A DNA stretch of 32,000 bases from an uncultured Alphaproteobacteria bacterium (GCA_934246625.1 CAKQHZ010000001.1:180001-212000), one strand, 5' to 3'; positions 22,506 to 31,007 are shown, counted from the stretch's first letter. Program-made: numbers and translations. The notes: generated from the letters alone by a model not told the origin.

Positions 22506-23323
22506 TATATTTTATGTGTTTGTGATAATATTCCACCTATACGCACAGGTTCAATACTTACTGCTAAACCTGTTTTATCATCTGTTTCAACAATGACACC
22601 ACAAATGGTTGCCTCACCTTCCGCAGGACAAAGATGGCTTCGTTCTTCGGACCCCAAAAATCTGGAAATAGAAGTTTCTGTTTTCATACCTATTGACGAA
22701 TTAAAATCTCCACACATACCTGCATCGGCTTGGAAAGCGGTTCCATTTTGCAATATATGATTATCTGATGTTGGAATATGTGTATGTGTTCCAATTACTG
22801 CACTTACACGGCCATCAAGATAGTGAGCAAGAGACATTTTTTCAGATGTGGTTTCGGCGTGAAAATCAACAAATATTGCATCAACATTTTGACCTAATTT
22901 AAAATTTTTTAATAAATCGTCCATAGTATGGAAAGGATTTTCTATACCTTCTCGTGCCATAAATAAAGTGCCAAGTAAATCCACAACTAAAACTTTTTTA
23001 TTATTTTTAGATGTATAAACCTTATACCCATTACCATCATTATATTTTGTATAATTAAGTGGTCGAATAATTCGGCTTTCTTCTTGAAGATATGACTTTA
23101 TTGTCATTTGGTCCCAAATGTGGTCGCCAGTTGTAAGAACATCTATATTGTGCATAAAAAACTTTTCTGCAATAGTTGGATTTATACCAAACCCGTGTGC
23201 AGAATTTTCAGCATTTACTATTGTAAAATCTATTTTCAACTTAGATACTATTTTATCAATAAGGGAAAGCAATTTCTTTCTTCCGCTTTTTCCAACAACA
23301 TCACCAAAAAATATAATTCTCAT
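22505..23323 (-). CDS. ymdB: YmdB-like metallophosphoesterase (2',3'-cyclic-nucleotide phosphodiesterase family)
   Basis: 272 aa. MRIIFFGDVVGKSGRK, NAENSAHGFG, TTGDHIWD, DFHAETTSEK and GTHTHIPT match the YmdB/TIGR00282-type motif series as I recall it. The stop shares one base with the recF start (TAATG). Confidence 0.8.
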   Translation of the reverse strand: MRIIFFGDVVGKSGRKKLLSLIDKIVSKLKIDFTIVNAENSAHGFGINPTIAEKFFMHNIDVLTTGDHIWDQMTIKSYLQEESRIIRPLNYTKYNDGNGYKVYTSKNNKKVLVVDLLGTLFMAREGIENPFHTMDDLLKNFKLGQNVDAIFVDFHAETTSEKMSLAHYLDGRVSAVIGTHTHIPTSDNHILQNGTAFQADAGMCGDFNSSIGMKTETSISRFLGSEERSHLCPAEGEATICGVIVETDDKTGLAVSIEPVRIGGILSQTHKI

Positions 23324-23462
23324 AAATCTATACCTTTTTTATACTTAAATTAGATTTAGTATAATAATTATAGTTTAAAATAACAATATAAAAAATAATT
23401 CTTTTAATAGTAGCTTTATTGTTGAGAATCACATATAATATTTTCAAAACAAGGAGAACCTT

Positions 23463-23672
23463 ATGAAAAAAGAAGAATTATTAAAAGTAGAAAAATATTT
23501 TCAAACAAAATTTTCAAATGATAATATCAAACTTTCCGCATCAAAATCTGATGATGATATGGCTGAAGTTTATATAGGTTCTGAATTTATTGGGACTTTG
23601 TATCGTGATGAAGACGAAGGTGAACTTTCTTATGATTTCAATATGTCAATTATTGATATAGACCTTAATTAA
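23463..23672 (+). CDS. DUF3126-family small protein
   Basis: 69 aa. ...YFQTKFSNDNIKL...DDDMAEVYIGSEFIGTLYRDEDEGELSYDFNMSIIDIDL matches the alphaproteobacterial DUF3126 pattern (AEVY.G.EFIG...RDEE.G..SY.F.M.I...DL) from memory. An AAGGAG SD is present. Confidence 0.7.
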   Translation: MKKEELLKVEKYFQTKFSNDNIKLSASKSDDDMAEVYIGSEFIGTLYRDEDEGELSYDFNMSIIDIDLN

Positions 23673-23678
23673 AAAAAA

Positions 23679-23767
23679 TGAGGTTATGACGACCCGACAC
23701 TATTTTTATGGGCTGCTTTCTTCCGAACCTGACCCAGTATAAAAACAATATCGTCCGTCAAACCTCA
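23679..23767 (-). ncRNA. ffs: Signal recognition particle RNA (4.5S-type small SRP RNA)
   Basis: The minus strand reads TGAGGTTTGACGGACGATATTGTTTTTATACTGGGTCAGGTTCGGAAGAAAGCAGCCCATAAAAATAGTGTCGGGTCGTCATAACCTCA followed by T8. The core GGTCAGGTTCGGAAGAAAGCAGCC is near-identical to the E. coli 4.5S domain IV GGUCAGGUCCGGAAGGAAGCAGCC. The ends pair (TGAGGTT/AACCTCA and TGACG/CGTCA) to give one long hairpin. Confidence 0.85.
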
Positions 23768-23773
23768 GTAAAG

Positions 23774-23802
23774 AATATATATACTTTTTTTCGAAAAATC
23801 AA
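23774..23802 (-). promoter_or_regulatory. Candidate sigma70-type promoter of ffs (TTGATT-17-TATATT)
   Basis: The -35 TTGATT is the complement of 23797-23802, followed by a 17-nt spacer. The -10 TATATT is the complement of 23774-23779, and 6 nt separate it from the first base of the predicted SRP RNA helix. Confidence 0.5.
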
Positions 23803-23870
23803 GTCGTTTAGATTTTCTTTGTATTTTTTATGAAAATATTATATAATTTTTGATAAATTATGAGGCAAAT

Positions 23871-24650
23871 ATGATTTATGAAAATTTGAATTTTGAATAT
23901 ATCAAGGGTAAAAAACAATCAAATGTTAAATTTGTTCTTTTACATGGTTGGGGACATTGTATTGAAAATTTAAAACCTATTGCAAAAATGCTTTGTGATT
24001 ATGATTGTTATTTGGTTGATTTACCTGGATTTGGCAAAAGCCCTATTCCCACAGATGTTTTAAGCATAAGTGAGTATTCTTCGATAGTTGCTGATTTTAT
24101 AAAGGGATTTAAAAACAAAGATGACAAAGTTGTTGTGATTGGTCATTCATTTGGGGGACGTATATCCCTTGATTTGGCATCAAATTATCCTTCTTTGGTA
24201 AATAAAATAATTATTATTGCAGGAGCAGGACTTAAAAAGAAAACAAAAATTCATAAAAAACTTTCCGTATGGGGATTACAAAAAATAAATAAAATTTGCC
24301 ATATTGTTTATAATGTCTTTGGTAAAAATTTTTCAAATACAAAACTTTATGATAAATTGTTTAATAAACTTGCAAGTAATGATTATAAAAATGCACATCA
24401 AATGATGCGAAAAATTTTAAAGAAAACAATTAAAACTTCAAGCATACCCGTGGCAAAAAAAATTAAAATTCCGACATTACTTATATATGGTGCAAATGAT
24501 ACAACTACACCACCATATTTTGGAAAAAAATTAAACAAACTTATTAAAAATTCGAAACTTTTTATACTTCCAACTTTTACACATAATTCTATTTTAACAG
24601 ATGGAAGATTTCAAGTCAGCTCAATTATTTTAAAAAATATAGGTGAATAA
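23871..24650 (+). CDS. Alpha/beta-fold hydrolase
   Basis: The ORF track starts at TTG 23850. ATG 23871 is preferred because of GAGG 6-9 nt upstream, giving about 259 aa. Matches are FVLLHGWG, LVDLPGFGKS, the nucleophile elbow GHSFGG, the acid GANDTTTP and the His in FTHNS. Confidence 0.8.
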   Translation: MIYENLNFEYIKGKKQSNVKFVLLHGWGHCIENLKPIAKMLCDYDCYLVDLPGFGKSPIPTDVLSISEYSSIVADFIKGFKNKDDKVVVIGHSFGGRISLDLASNYPSLVNKIIIIAGAGLKKKTKIHKKLSVWGLQKINKICHIVYNVFGKNFSNTKLYDKLFNKLASNDYKNAHQMMRKILKKTIKTSSIPVAKKIKIPTLLIYGANDTTTPPYFGKKLNKLIKNSKLFILPTFTHNSILTDGRFQVSSIILKNIGE

Positions 24651-26253
24651 AATGTATATAATAGCAATTCTTGCTTTTTTATTTTTCGCATACAAAAGGT
24701 CTATTTTATGCTTACAATTTTTGCAACAAGAAGGATATGAAAATAAATCATTTTTTAAATTTATATTTCACAGACTTCAACTTATTGATAAAAATTTAAC
24801 TGTGGTTGTATTTTTTTACACAATCATTTCCATTGCAAAAAAAAGCCTTAATATGGATATGATTATTCTTTCTTTAATATTTACAATATTCGGACTTTTA
24901 CAACAAAATCCGTTGTCTGAAAAATCAAAAAAGAAACTTGTTTTAACAGTAAGGGCAAAACGTATACTTTATCTTTCTTTGATAATTGATACATTATTTG
25001 CAAGTGGCATTTTTTATAACATTTATTTATTAAAAGAGTATTGTTTATGTATGGGTGTTGGATATTTGCTTTTGTTAATCCAAGCTATTCCATTTATGTT
25101 GATTATTTCAAACATCATTTTAAAACCAGTTGAAATAATTGTAAAAAATAAATATCTAAACGAGGCAAAAAAACAATTAGAAATTGTAAATCCTGTGGTT
25201 ATTGGAATTACTGGTTCATTTGGAAAAACATCAACAAAAAATATTTTAAATCACATTGTTTCTTCGGTAGCTCCTACACTTACAACAGCAAGAAGTATCA
25301 ATACTCTTATGGGAATTACACAAGTTATTCGTGAGGAGTTAAAAAAACATCATAAATATTTTATTGTGGAAGTTGGAACATCTTCTATTGGTAAAATAAA
25401 AAAAATATGTTCATTGATAAAACCAAAATTTGGAATTTTAACTGCAATTGGGTTTGCACATTTTGCAAACTTTAAAACTCAAGAAAATTTAGCAAAAGAA
25501 AAAATGGATTTAATAAAAGCTGTAAATCAAAATAATGGAATATCTGTAATAAATACTTTGCAAGTGGATAAAAAATTTATTCCTGATATGAAAAATATTT
25601 TATTTTTATCAGATAGTTTTACAGATGAAAAAACATTTAAAATCTCAAATGTGTCCCAAGATTTAGATGGAATAAAATTCACACTTTCATACAATAAAAA
25701 AAGTTATGAGCTAAAGGCTCCTATTTATGGACTTCATCAAGCAAATAATATTTCATTGGCATTTATAATGGCTCTTCAACTTGGAATACCTGCTGAAACA
25801 ATAAAGGCATCTCTTTTAACATTAAAGCAAGTTGAACATAGGTTAGAAGTAAAAAAGCAACCTAATGGAATAACAATAATTGATGATGGCTTCAATTCAA
25901 ATGTTGATGGATTTATATCTGCACTTGACACACTTAAAACTCTTTCAAAAAATGGACGTGCAATACTTATCACCCCAGGAATGGTAGAATTAGGGGCAAA
26001 ACACAAGGAACAACATATCAAGGTTGCAAAGTATGCTCTTAAAACTTGTGATATTGTGATTGCGGTTGTGCCAGATAGAATAAAAGATTTTGTTGATACA
26101 TTTAAAAATTCAATGAATAAAAATCAACAAATTATTTTGGTAGATAGCTTTAAAGAGGCTTTGATATGGACTGGTGAAAATGCGAAAAAAGGCGATGTAA
26201 TACTTTATGAAAATGATTTGCCAGATGTATTTGAAGCAAAGATTAAAATTTAA
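24643..26253 (+). CDS. MurF-like Mur ligase with an N-terminal polytopic membrane domain
   Basis: 536 aa (GTG 24643, or ATG 24652). Residues 1-165 form about five hydrophobic helices. The remainder has MurF-like blocks in order: VIGITGSFGKTSTK (P-loop), EVGTSSIGKI, ILTAIGFAHFANF, GLHQANNISLA, VEHRLE, IIDDGFNSN and ITPGMVELGAKHKEQH. The start overlaps the hydrolase stop. Confidence 0.75.
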   Translation: MNKMYIIAILAFLFFAYKRSILCLQFLQQEGYENKSFFKFIFHRLQLIDKNLTVVVFFYTIISIAKKSLNMDMIILSLIFTIFGLLQQNPLSEKSKKKLVLTVRAKRILYLSLIIDTLFASGIFYNIYLLKEYCLCMGVGYLLLLIQAIPFMLIISNIILKPVEIIVKNKYLNEAKKQLEIVNPVVIGITGSFGKTSTKNILNHIVSSVAPTLTTARSINTLMGITQVIREELKKHHKYFIVEVGTSSIGKIKKICSLIKPKFGILTAIGFAHFANFKTQENLAKEKMDLIKAVNQNNGISVINTLQVDKKFIPDMKNILFLSDSFTDEKTFKISNVSQDLDGIKFTLSYNKKSYELKAPIYGLHQANNISLAFIMALQLGIPAETIKASLLTLKQVEHRLEVKKQPNGITIIDDGFNSNVDGFISALDTLKTLSKNGRAILITPGMVELGAKHKEQHIKVAKYALKTCDIVIAVVPDRIKDFVDTFKNSMNKNQQIILVDSFKEALIWTGENAKKGDVILYENDLPDVFEAKIKI

Positions 26254-26280
26254 AAAGCCCCCTTTTATGGGGACTTTTTT
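26254..26280. terminator. Bidirectional rho-independent terminator between convergent genes
   Basis: AAAAAGCCCCC-ttttat-GGGGAC-TTTTTT has an A-run and a T-run on either side of a GC stem. Confidence 0.6.
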
Positions 26281-26305
26281 ACATAGGAAAAAAGACTAAA
26301 TAACA

Positions 26306-26827
26306 TTACTTATTTTCACTTTCAACAACTTCTGTAAACTTATCAAGTTGCATTTGTTGTTGAGGAGCATTGTAAACAGTTCCCTTTGTGTATTGAGCAC
26401 TTTCGCGACCTGTTTCCTTGTTTGCAATATCAATAGAAGCAATACTACCATCTGCATAATAATTTACTATTGTATAAACTTTATCATCTTTGCTTCGTTT
26501 ATGATATGTGCGAACCTGATTGTTTGGATATACGGCAACACCGTCTACCTCTGTGCCATCTTCGTAATAAACATAGCTTCCATTTTCAAATCTTACTATA
26601 CCTGTAATTTCTTCACCTTTTACATCACAGTAAGTAAAATCACCTTTTTTTGAAGCATCACAAATAAAAGCTGTGATTTTTTCATCATAAACTTTCATTG
26701 GTTTTGTTGTTTGTTTTGTTTGTTGAGCATTATTACTGTTTTTATTCATTGCATTTGATGGTGTAGTATTTTCATTACTACTACATGCGGTAAGTAAAAG
26801 TAATAAAGCGATAACTTTTTTTTGCAT
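26306..26827 (-). CDS. Lipoprotein, possibly with MORN-variant/YwqK-like repeats
   Basis: 173 aa. The lipobox is LLLLTA|C, followed by an Asn/Gln/Thr-rich linker and Gly/Tyr-spaced beta-hairpin-like repeats (GIVRFENGSYVYYEDGTEVDGVAVYPNNQV...VNYYADGSIASI). The family assignment is tentative. Confidence 0.5.
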   Translation of the reverse strand: MQKKVIALLLLLTACSSNENTTPSNAMNKNSNNAQQTKQTTKPMKVYDEKITAFICDASKKGDFTYCDVKGEEITGIVRFENGSYVYYEDGTEVDGVAVYPNNQVRTYHKRSKDDKVYTIVNYYADGSIASIDIANKETGRESAQYTKGTVYNAPQQQMQLDKFTEVVESENK

Positions 26828-26895
26828 TTATACCTCCTTTGTGTTGATATAAAAATATTTTACAAAATAAAGAGGTAAAAGCAATATGAAGAAAA

Positions 26896-26917
26896 TCCCC
26901 TTTTATACAAAAGGGGA
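26896..26917 (-). terminator. Rho-independent terminator of the 26944-27291 gene
   Basis: TCCCCTTTT-atac-AAAAGGGGA forms a 9-bp stem. The minus-strand RNA is followed by TTTTCTT. Confidence 0.6.
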
Positions 26918-26943
26918 CTTTTTCCTTGGATTGCGACCAAAAT

Positions 26944-27291
26944 TTAGGCAGTTTTTCTTTCTTTTGTTTGAAGATTAAGTTCACGTTCAAGAAGAATCAT
27001 TTGTTCACGTGTATCTTCAAAGATATAAAGTTTAATTTTATCTGCAATTTCTTTGTCTGTCATACTTTTTGTATTTTCAGCAAAAGATTGTCTTTTGATT
27101 TGGAAAGATGTGTAAGCACCAATTAAATCACTTCTGTCAAGTGCTTCGATATTTCCAGTTTTACCTTCGTGAATATTTTTTGCCAAGGCGTCCTTTAAAG
27201 AAATTGTTTCACCATTTTTATTTACCCAAACAACTTCTTCTAAAATAGTATCAATTACTGTCATCAATACTGTTTTGTTTTTACTTTCCAT
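26944..27291 (-). CDS. Hypothetical small cytosolic protein
   Basis: 115 aa with a GGAGAG-type SD (AAGGAGAGCAATATG on the minus strand) and its own terminator. No family recognised. Confidence 0.5.
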   Translation of the reverse strand: MESKNKTVLMTVIDTILEEVVWVNKNGETISLKDALAKNIHEGKTGNIEALDRSDLIGAYTSFQIKRQSFAENTKSMTDKEIADKIKLYIFEDTREQMILLERELNLQTKERKTA

Positions 27292-27478
27292 ATTGCTCTC
27301 CTTCTTTGCTTATAAAATTATTTTTTATGGCTCTAACCTTATTTATGAATCATTCCGATTCTATTGTCAAGTAAAAAATAATTTTATCTGTGTTTTTATT
27401 TAACAACATTCAAATTTCGAATCAATATATCACATTTAGGCAAATAATACCATATAAAAATATATTTTTGTCATTGAC

Positions 27479-27496
27479 AACCATAAAAAACCATAA
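27479..27496 (+). promoter_or_regulatory. Tandem AACCATAA direct repeat with 10-nt periodicity next to a TTGACA box upstream of mraZ
   Basis: TTGACA is at 27474-27479. AACCATAA occurs at 27479-27486 and again at 27489-27496. The mraZ ATG is at 27527. Confidence 0.3.
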
Positions 27497-27526
27497 TATG
27501 CTGGACTCATAATATAAGGAAAAATA

Positions 27527-27979
27527 ATGGCATTATTCTTGGGAACTATTGAAAATAAGGTTGATACAAAGGGACGTGTAAGTGTTCCTGTGGAATTTCG
27601 TAATGCCCTTAAAGATGATAATTTCCAAGGCGTTGTCCTTTTTCATTCTTTCACAAATAAATGTATTGAGGGTTCTACTATGAACCGTATGGAACAAATG
27701 GCAGATGCAACCGATAATTTGGATTTGTTTGGTGAAGAAAATCAAAATATAAATTCCTTAATCTTTTCTGATGCACGACAACTTACCTTTGATATAACTG
27801 GACGAATTGTAATTCCAAATGATTTATTGGAATTTGCTGGTATTAAAGATAAGGCTTTGTTCGTTGGTCGTGGAAAGACCTTTCAAATTTGGGAGGCGGA
27901 GGCTTTTTATAAAGCTCAAGAAGAAGTTAGAAACAAAGCACAAGAAAATCGCCCTTCACTTTCCTTTAAACGAGATTAA
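27527..27979 (+). CDS. mraZ: Transcriptional regulator MraZ
   Basis: 150 aa, reading MALFLGTIENKVDTKGRVSVPVEFR, with a second SpoVT/AbrB-like half (DITGRIVIPNDLLEFAGI). It is the first gene of the dcw cluster. Confidence 0.92.
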   Translation: MALFLGTIENKVDTKGRVSVPVEFRNALKDDNFQGVVLFHSFTNKCIEGSTMNRMEQMADATDNLDLFGEENQNINSLIFSDARQLTFDITGRIVIPNDLLEFAGIKDKALFVGRGKTFQIWEAEAFYKAQEEVRNKAQENRPSLSFKRD

Positions 27980-27981
27980 AA

Positions 27982-28917
27982 ATGTGTAAAGAAAATCCAC
28001 ATATTCCTGTTTTGCTTACCGAAGTAATTGAAAATTTGGCACCAAAAGATGGTGGTGTATATGTCGATGGAACTTTTGGAAATGGTGGATATACTTCTGC
28101 TATACTTGATAAATGTAATTCAAAAGTTATTGCATTTGACCGTGATGAAAATGTTCTTCCACGAGTTAATGAATTAAAAAACAAATATAAAGATAGGTTT
28201 ATATTTTTTCAAAATACTTTTTCACATATACTTCCTGTGTTAAAAGAAAATAATTTATTGCAAGTAGATGGGCTTGTCCTTGATATTGGAATATCATCTA
28301 TGCAAATTGATAATGCAGAACGTGGTTTTTCATTTCGCTTTGATGCTCCACTTTCTATGGCAATGGGAAAAAATGAATTTGATGCCAGTGAGGTTTTAAA
28401 TAATTTTTCAGAAGAAGAGCTTGCTGATATATTTTATAAATATGGTGAAGAACCAAGAAGTCGTGCCATTGCAAAAAGAATTGTAAATATTCGTGGGGAA
28501 GCTCCACTTAAAACAACATTTGATTTGGTCAATCTTATAAAAACAATGTTTGGAGATTGGCAATCACAAAAAATAATTCCAAGGATATTTCAAGCCATAC
28601 GAATTTTTGTAAATGACGAATTGGGTGAACTTTCAAAAATACTTAATGAAAGCTATGACATACTTAAATCTGGAGGAAGATTGGTTGTTGTTGATTTTCA
28701 TTCTTTAGAAGACAGAATTGTTAAAAATTTTATCAAAGAAAATACCTTTGTAAAAAAATCTTTTTCAAGATATTTGCCTGATACAAATGAAAATATAAAT
28801 AATGAAAAAATACACTTTAAGAATCTTCAAAAAAATGTTATTATACCAAGTATAAAGGAAATTGAAATAAATCCACGTGCAAGGTCCGCAAAACTTCGTG
28901 CGATTGAAAAAATTTAA
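27982..28917 (+). CDS. rsmH: 16S rRNA (cytosine1402-N4)-methyltransferase
   Basis: 311 aa. Matches are HIPVLLTEVIENL, YVDGTFGNGGYT, DGLVLDIGISSMQIDNAERGFSF, VVDFHSLEDRIVK and NPRARSAKLRAIEK. Confidence 0.95.
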   Translation: MCKENPHIPVLLTEVIENLAPKDGGVYVDGTFGNGGYTSAILDKCNSKVIAFDRDENVLPRVNELKNKYKDRFIFFQNTFSHILPVLKENNLLQVDGLVLDIGISSMQIDNAERGFSFRFDAPLSMAMGKNEFDASEVLNNFSEEELADIFYKYGEEPRSRAIAKRIVNIRGEAPLKTTFDLVNLIKTMFGDWQSQKIIPRIFQAIRIFVNDELGELSKILNESYDILKSGGRLVVVDFHSLEDRIVKNFIKENTFVKKSFSRYLPDTNENINNEKIHFKNLQKNVIIPSIKEIEINPRARSAKLRAIEKI

Positions 28918-28936
28918 TTTTACTTTGGGGTTTAAG

Positions 28937-29230
28937 GTGAAAAAGGCTGTTATAGTATTTTTAAGCATTATTATAATTTTAAGTTTGGGTATATATTCTT
29001 CCAGACTTCAATATAATATAAATAGTTTGCAAGATAAAATTAAAACTCTTGAAAGAGAAATACAAGAAACAGATATTGAAATAAAGGTTTTACAAACAGA
29101 AATTTCACATCTTACTTCAATTTCCAGAATAAAACCTATATCAAATAAATTCCTTACAAACTATCATCAGTTTGATAAAAAGGATTTTATACGAATTGTT
29201 GATATACCTATTAACCCTTTGTTTGAGTAA
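28937..29230 (+). CDS. ftsL: Cell division protein FtsL-like (bitopic, coiled coil)
   Basis: I prefer the GTG start at 28937 (preceded by GGGG at 28927-28930), which gives MKKAVIVFLSIIIILSLGIYS (TM) followed by the coiled coil LQDKIKTLEREIQETDIEIKVLQTEISHL. The ORF-track start at 28877 lies inside rsmH. The call rests on position and architecture only. Confidence 0.6.
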   Translation: MKKAVIVFLSIIIILSLGIYSSRLQYNINSLQDKIKTLEREIQETDIEIKVLQTEISHLTSISRIKPISNKFLTNYHQFDKKDFIRIVDIPINPLFE

Positions 29231-29238
29231 TTATAGTA

Positions 29239-30903
29239 ATGAAGGAAAGTTTAAAAAAACATTTTAATAATATAGGTAAAAGCAAAAATTCATTTACCTT
29301 TGGTATGGATATTCCTTTGGAATGGGTAAAAATTAAGCGAAAAAAAAATATTATTGTTTCACGAATTAACTTCATTTTATATTTTATTTGTCTTATTTTT
29401 GCGGTAATTATTTTAAGAATTTTGACATTGAGTATAAATTTTGATTTTTTCAATTCCGATACAAAAGTTGCAAATAAAACTGCATCAAAATTTTCTCGAC
29501 CTGATATTCTTGATAGAAATGGAGAATTGTTGGCACGAAATCTTCCTACACTGGATTTGTATGTTGAACCACACAATATAATTTATCCTGAACGTGCAAC
29601 AACTGAACTTATAAAAATTATCCCAACTTTAAAATATGATGAGGTATTACAAACTCTTAAATCCAAAAAGAAATTTGCATGGCTTAAAAGAAAAATTTCA
29701 CCTTCGGATAGAGAAAAAATTACAATGATAGGTGAACCAGGGTTGGGCTTTATTGAAACAGATTATCGTTTCTATCCTCAAGATAAATTATTTTCTCATA
29801 TTATAGGAAATATTGATATTGATAACAAAGGAACCAGCGGTATTGAAAAATATATTGATGATAAAGGACTTTCAAAATCAAAAAATCCTATTATTTTATC
29901 TGTGGATTTGTATATCCAAGATGCAATAAGGCAAAACCTTGTCAATGCTATGAATACCTATAATGCAAAAAGTGCGGCTGGTATTGTGATGGACGTAAAA
30001 ACAGGAGAAATACTTGGAATGGTTTCTTTACCTGATTACCGAAACAATGAACTTAAAAATGTATTTTCAAATCCATTATATAATAATCATATAACCCTTG
30101 ATGTTTATGAAATTGGTTCAGTAATGAAAATTTTTAATACTGCTTTGGCATTTGAAAATAATTACCCTGAAAATAAACTTTTTGATGTATCAAAACCTTT
30201 TATGATAGGAAACTTTAAGGTTCGAGATTCACACATATACAAATGGAAAATCAATATGAAAGAGGCTTTTGTGTATTCCTCAAATATAGCTTCTGCAATA
30301 ATCGCAACTGAATTGGGTGAAAAAAGACAAACTGACTTCTTTAAAAAATTAAATTTCTTTTCAAAAATGAATTTTGAATTACCTGAAAGGGGATTTCCAA
30401 TATATCCAAAACAATGGAATGAAAATGTTAATGCAACGGCAGCCTATGGATATGGTATTTCAATAAGTCTTCTTCATACAATAAGTGCTGTAAATGCAAT
30501 TATAAATGATGGTATGTATGTAAATCCAACAATACTTAAACGAAACCCAAATGATATTTTTAAATCATTTCAGGTGGTAAATTATGATACTGCTGAAAAA
30601 TTAAAAAAACTTATGCGTTTAGTTATTACTGATGGAACTGGACATCGTGCGAATCTTAAAAATATAAAGGCTGGTGGAAAAACAGGAACTTCACAAAAAC
30701 TTGTTAATGGAAAATATAATGATAAGATTATACGAACTTTCTTTGTATCAATATTCCCTATTGAAAATCCAAAATATACTATGCTTGTAATGCTTGATGA
30801 AGCAAATAATAAAGGTTGCACTTCAGCATCATGCACTACTGTGCCTGTATCCGCTAAAATTATTGAAGATATTACCCCAATGCTTAACTTAAATTCAAAA
30901 TAA
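29239..30903 (+). CDS. ftsI: Peptidoglycan D,D-transpeptidase FtsI (class B PBP, PBP3)
   Basis: 554 aa with an N-terminal TM (ILYFICLIFAVIILRIL) and a PBP dimerisation region (RPDILDRNGELLA). The transpeptidase motifs are SVMK (SxxK), SSN (SxN) and KTGT (KTG). Confidence 0.9.
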   Translation: MKESLKKHFNNIGKSKNSFTFGMDIPLEWVKIKRKKNIIVSRINFILYFICLIFAVIILRILTLSINFDFFNSDTKVANKTASKFSRPDILDRNGELLARNLPTLDLYVEPHNIIYPERATTELIKIIPTLKYDEVLQTLKSKKKFAWLKRKISPSDREKITMIGEPGLGFIETDYRFYPQDKLFSHIIGNIDIDNKGTSGIEKYIDDKGLSKSKNPIILSVDLYIQDAIRQNLVNAMNTYNAKSAAGIVMDVKTGEILGMVSLPDYRNNELKNVFSNPLYNNHITLDVYEIGSVMKIFNTALAFENNYPENKLFDVSKPFMIGNFKVRDSHIYKWKINMKEAFVYSSNIASAIIATELGEKRQTDFFKKLNFFSKMNFELPERGFPIYPKQWNENVNATAAYGYGISISLLHTISAVNAIINDGMYVNPTILKRNPNDIFKSFQVVNYDTAEKLKKLMRLVITDGTGHRANLKNIKAGGKTGTSQKLVNGKYNDKIIRTFFVSIFPIENPKYTMLVMLDEANNKGCTSASCTTVPVSAKIIEDITPMLNLNSK

Positions 30904-30945
30904 ATTTGCAAAATAATTATTTTATAATAAGCTCTTAAAAAACTT

Positions 30946-30974
30946 TTGAAAAAAAATACACATTGTGCTATAAT
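30946..30974 (+). promoter_or_regulatory. Near-consensus sigma70 promoter upstream of mraY (TTGAAA-17-TGcTATAAT)
   Basis: TTGAAA is at 30946-30951, followed by a 17-nt spacer. The extended -10 TGC TATAAT is at 30966-30974, 33 nt upstream of the mraY ATG. Confidence 0.5.
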
Positions 30975-31007
30975 ATATAAAATAAAAAATCAATTATAGG
31001 AATTACA

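Noticed and set aside
23850-23870. TTG start at 23850 for the alpha/beta hydrolase
   Set aside because: ATG 23871 has a GAGG SD at proper spacing, whereas the TTG has none. The choice does not affect the functional call, so it carries low certainty either way.
26781-27126. ORFs 26781-26990 (minus strand) and 26926-27126 (plus strand) around the 26896-26917 hairpin
   Set aside because: They cross a terminator hairpin or lie antisense to the better-supported 26944-27291 gene. The translations are low-complexity and have no SD.
28877-28936. Upstream extension of the ftsL-like ORF (ORF-track start at 28877)
   Set aside because: The extension would overlap rsmH by 41 nt and add a non-hydrophobic 20-aa leader. 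The GTG at 28937 gives the typical short cytoplasmic tail plus TM start.
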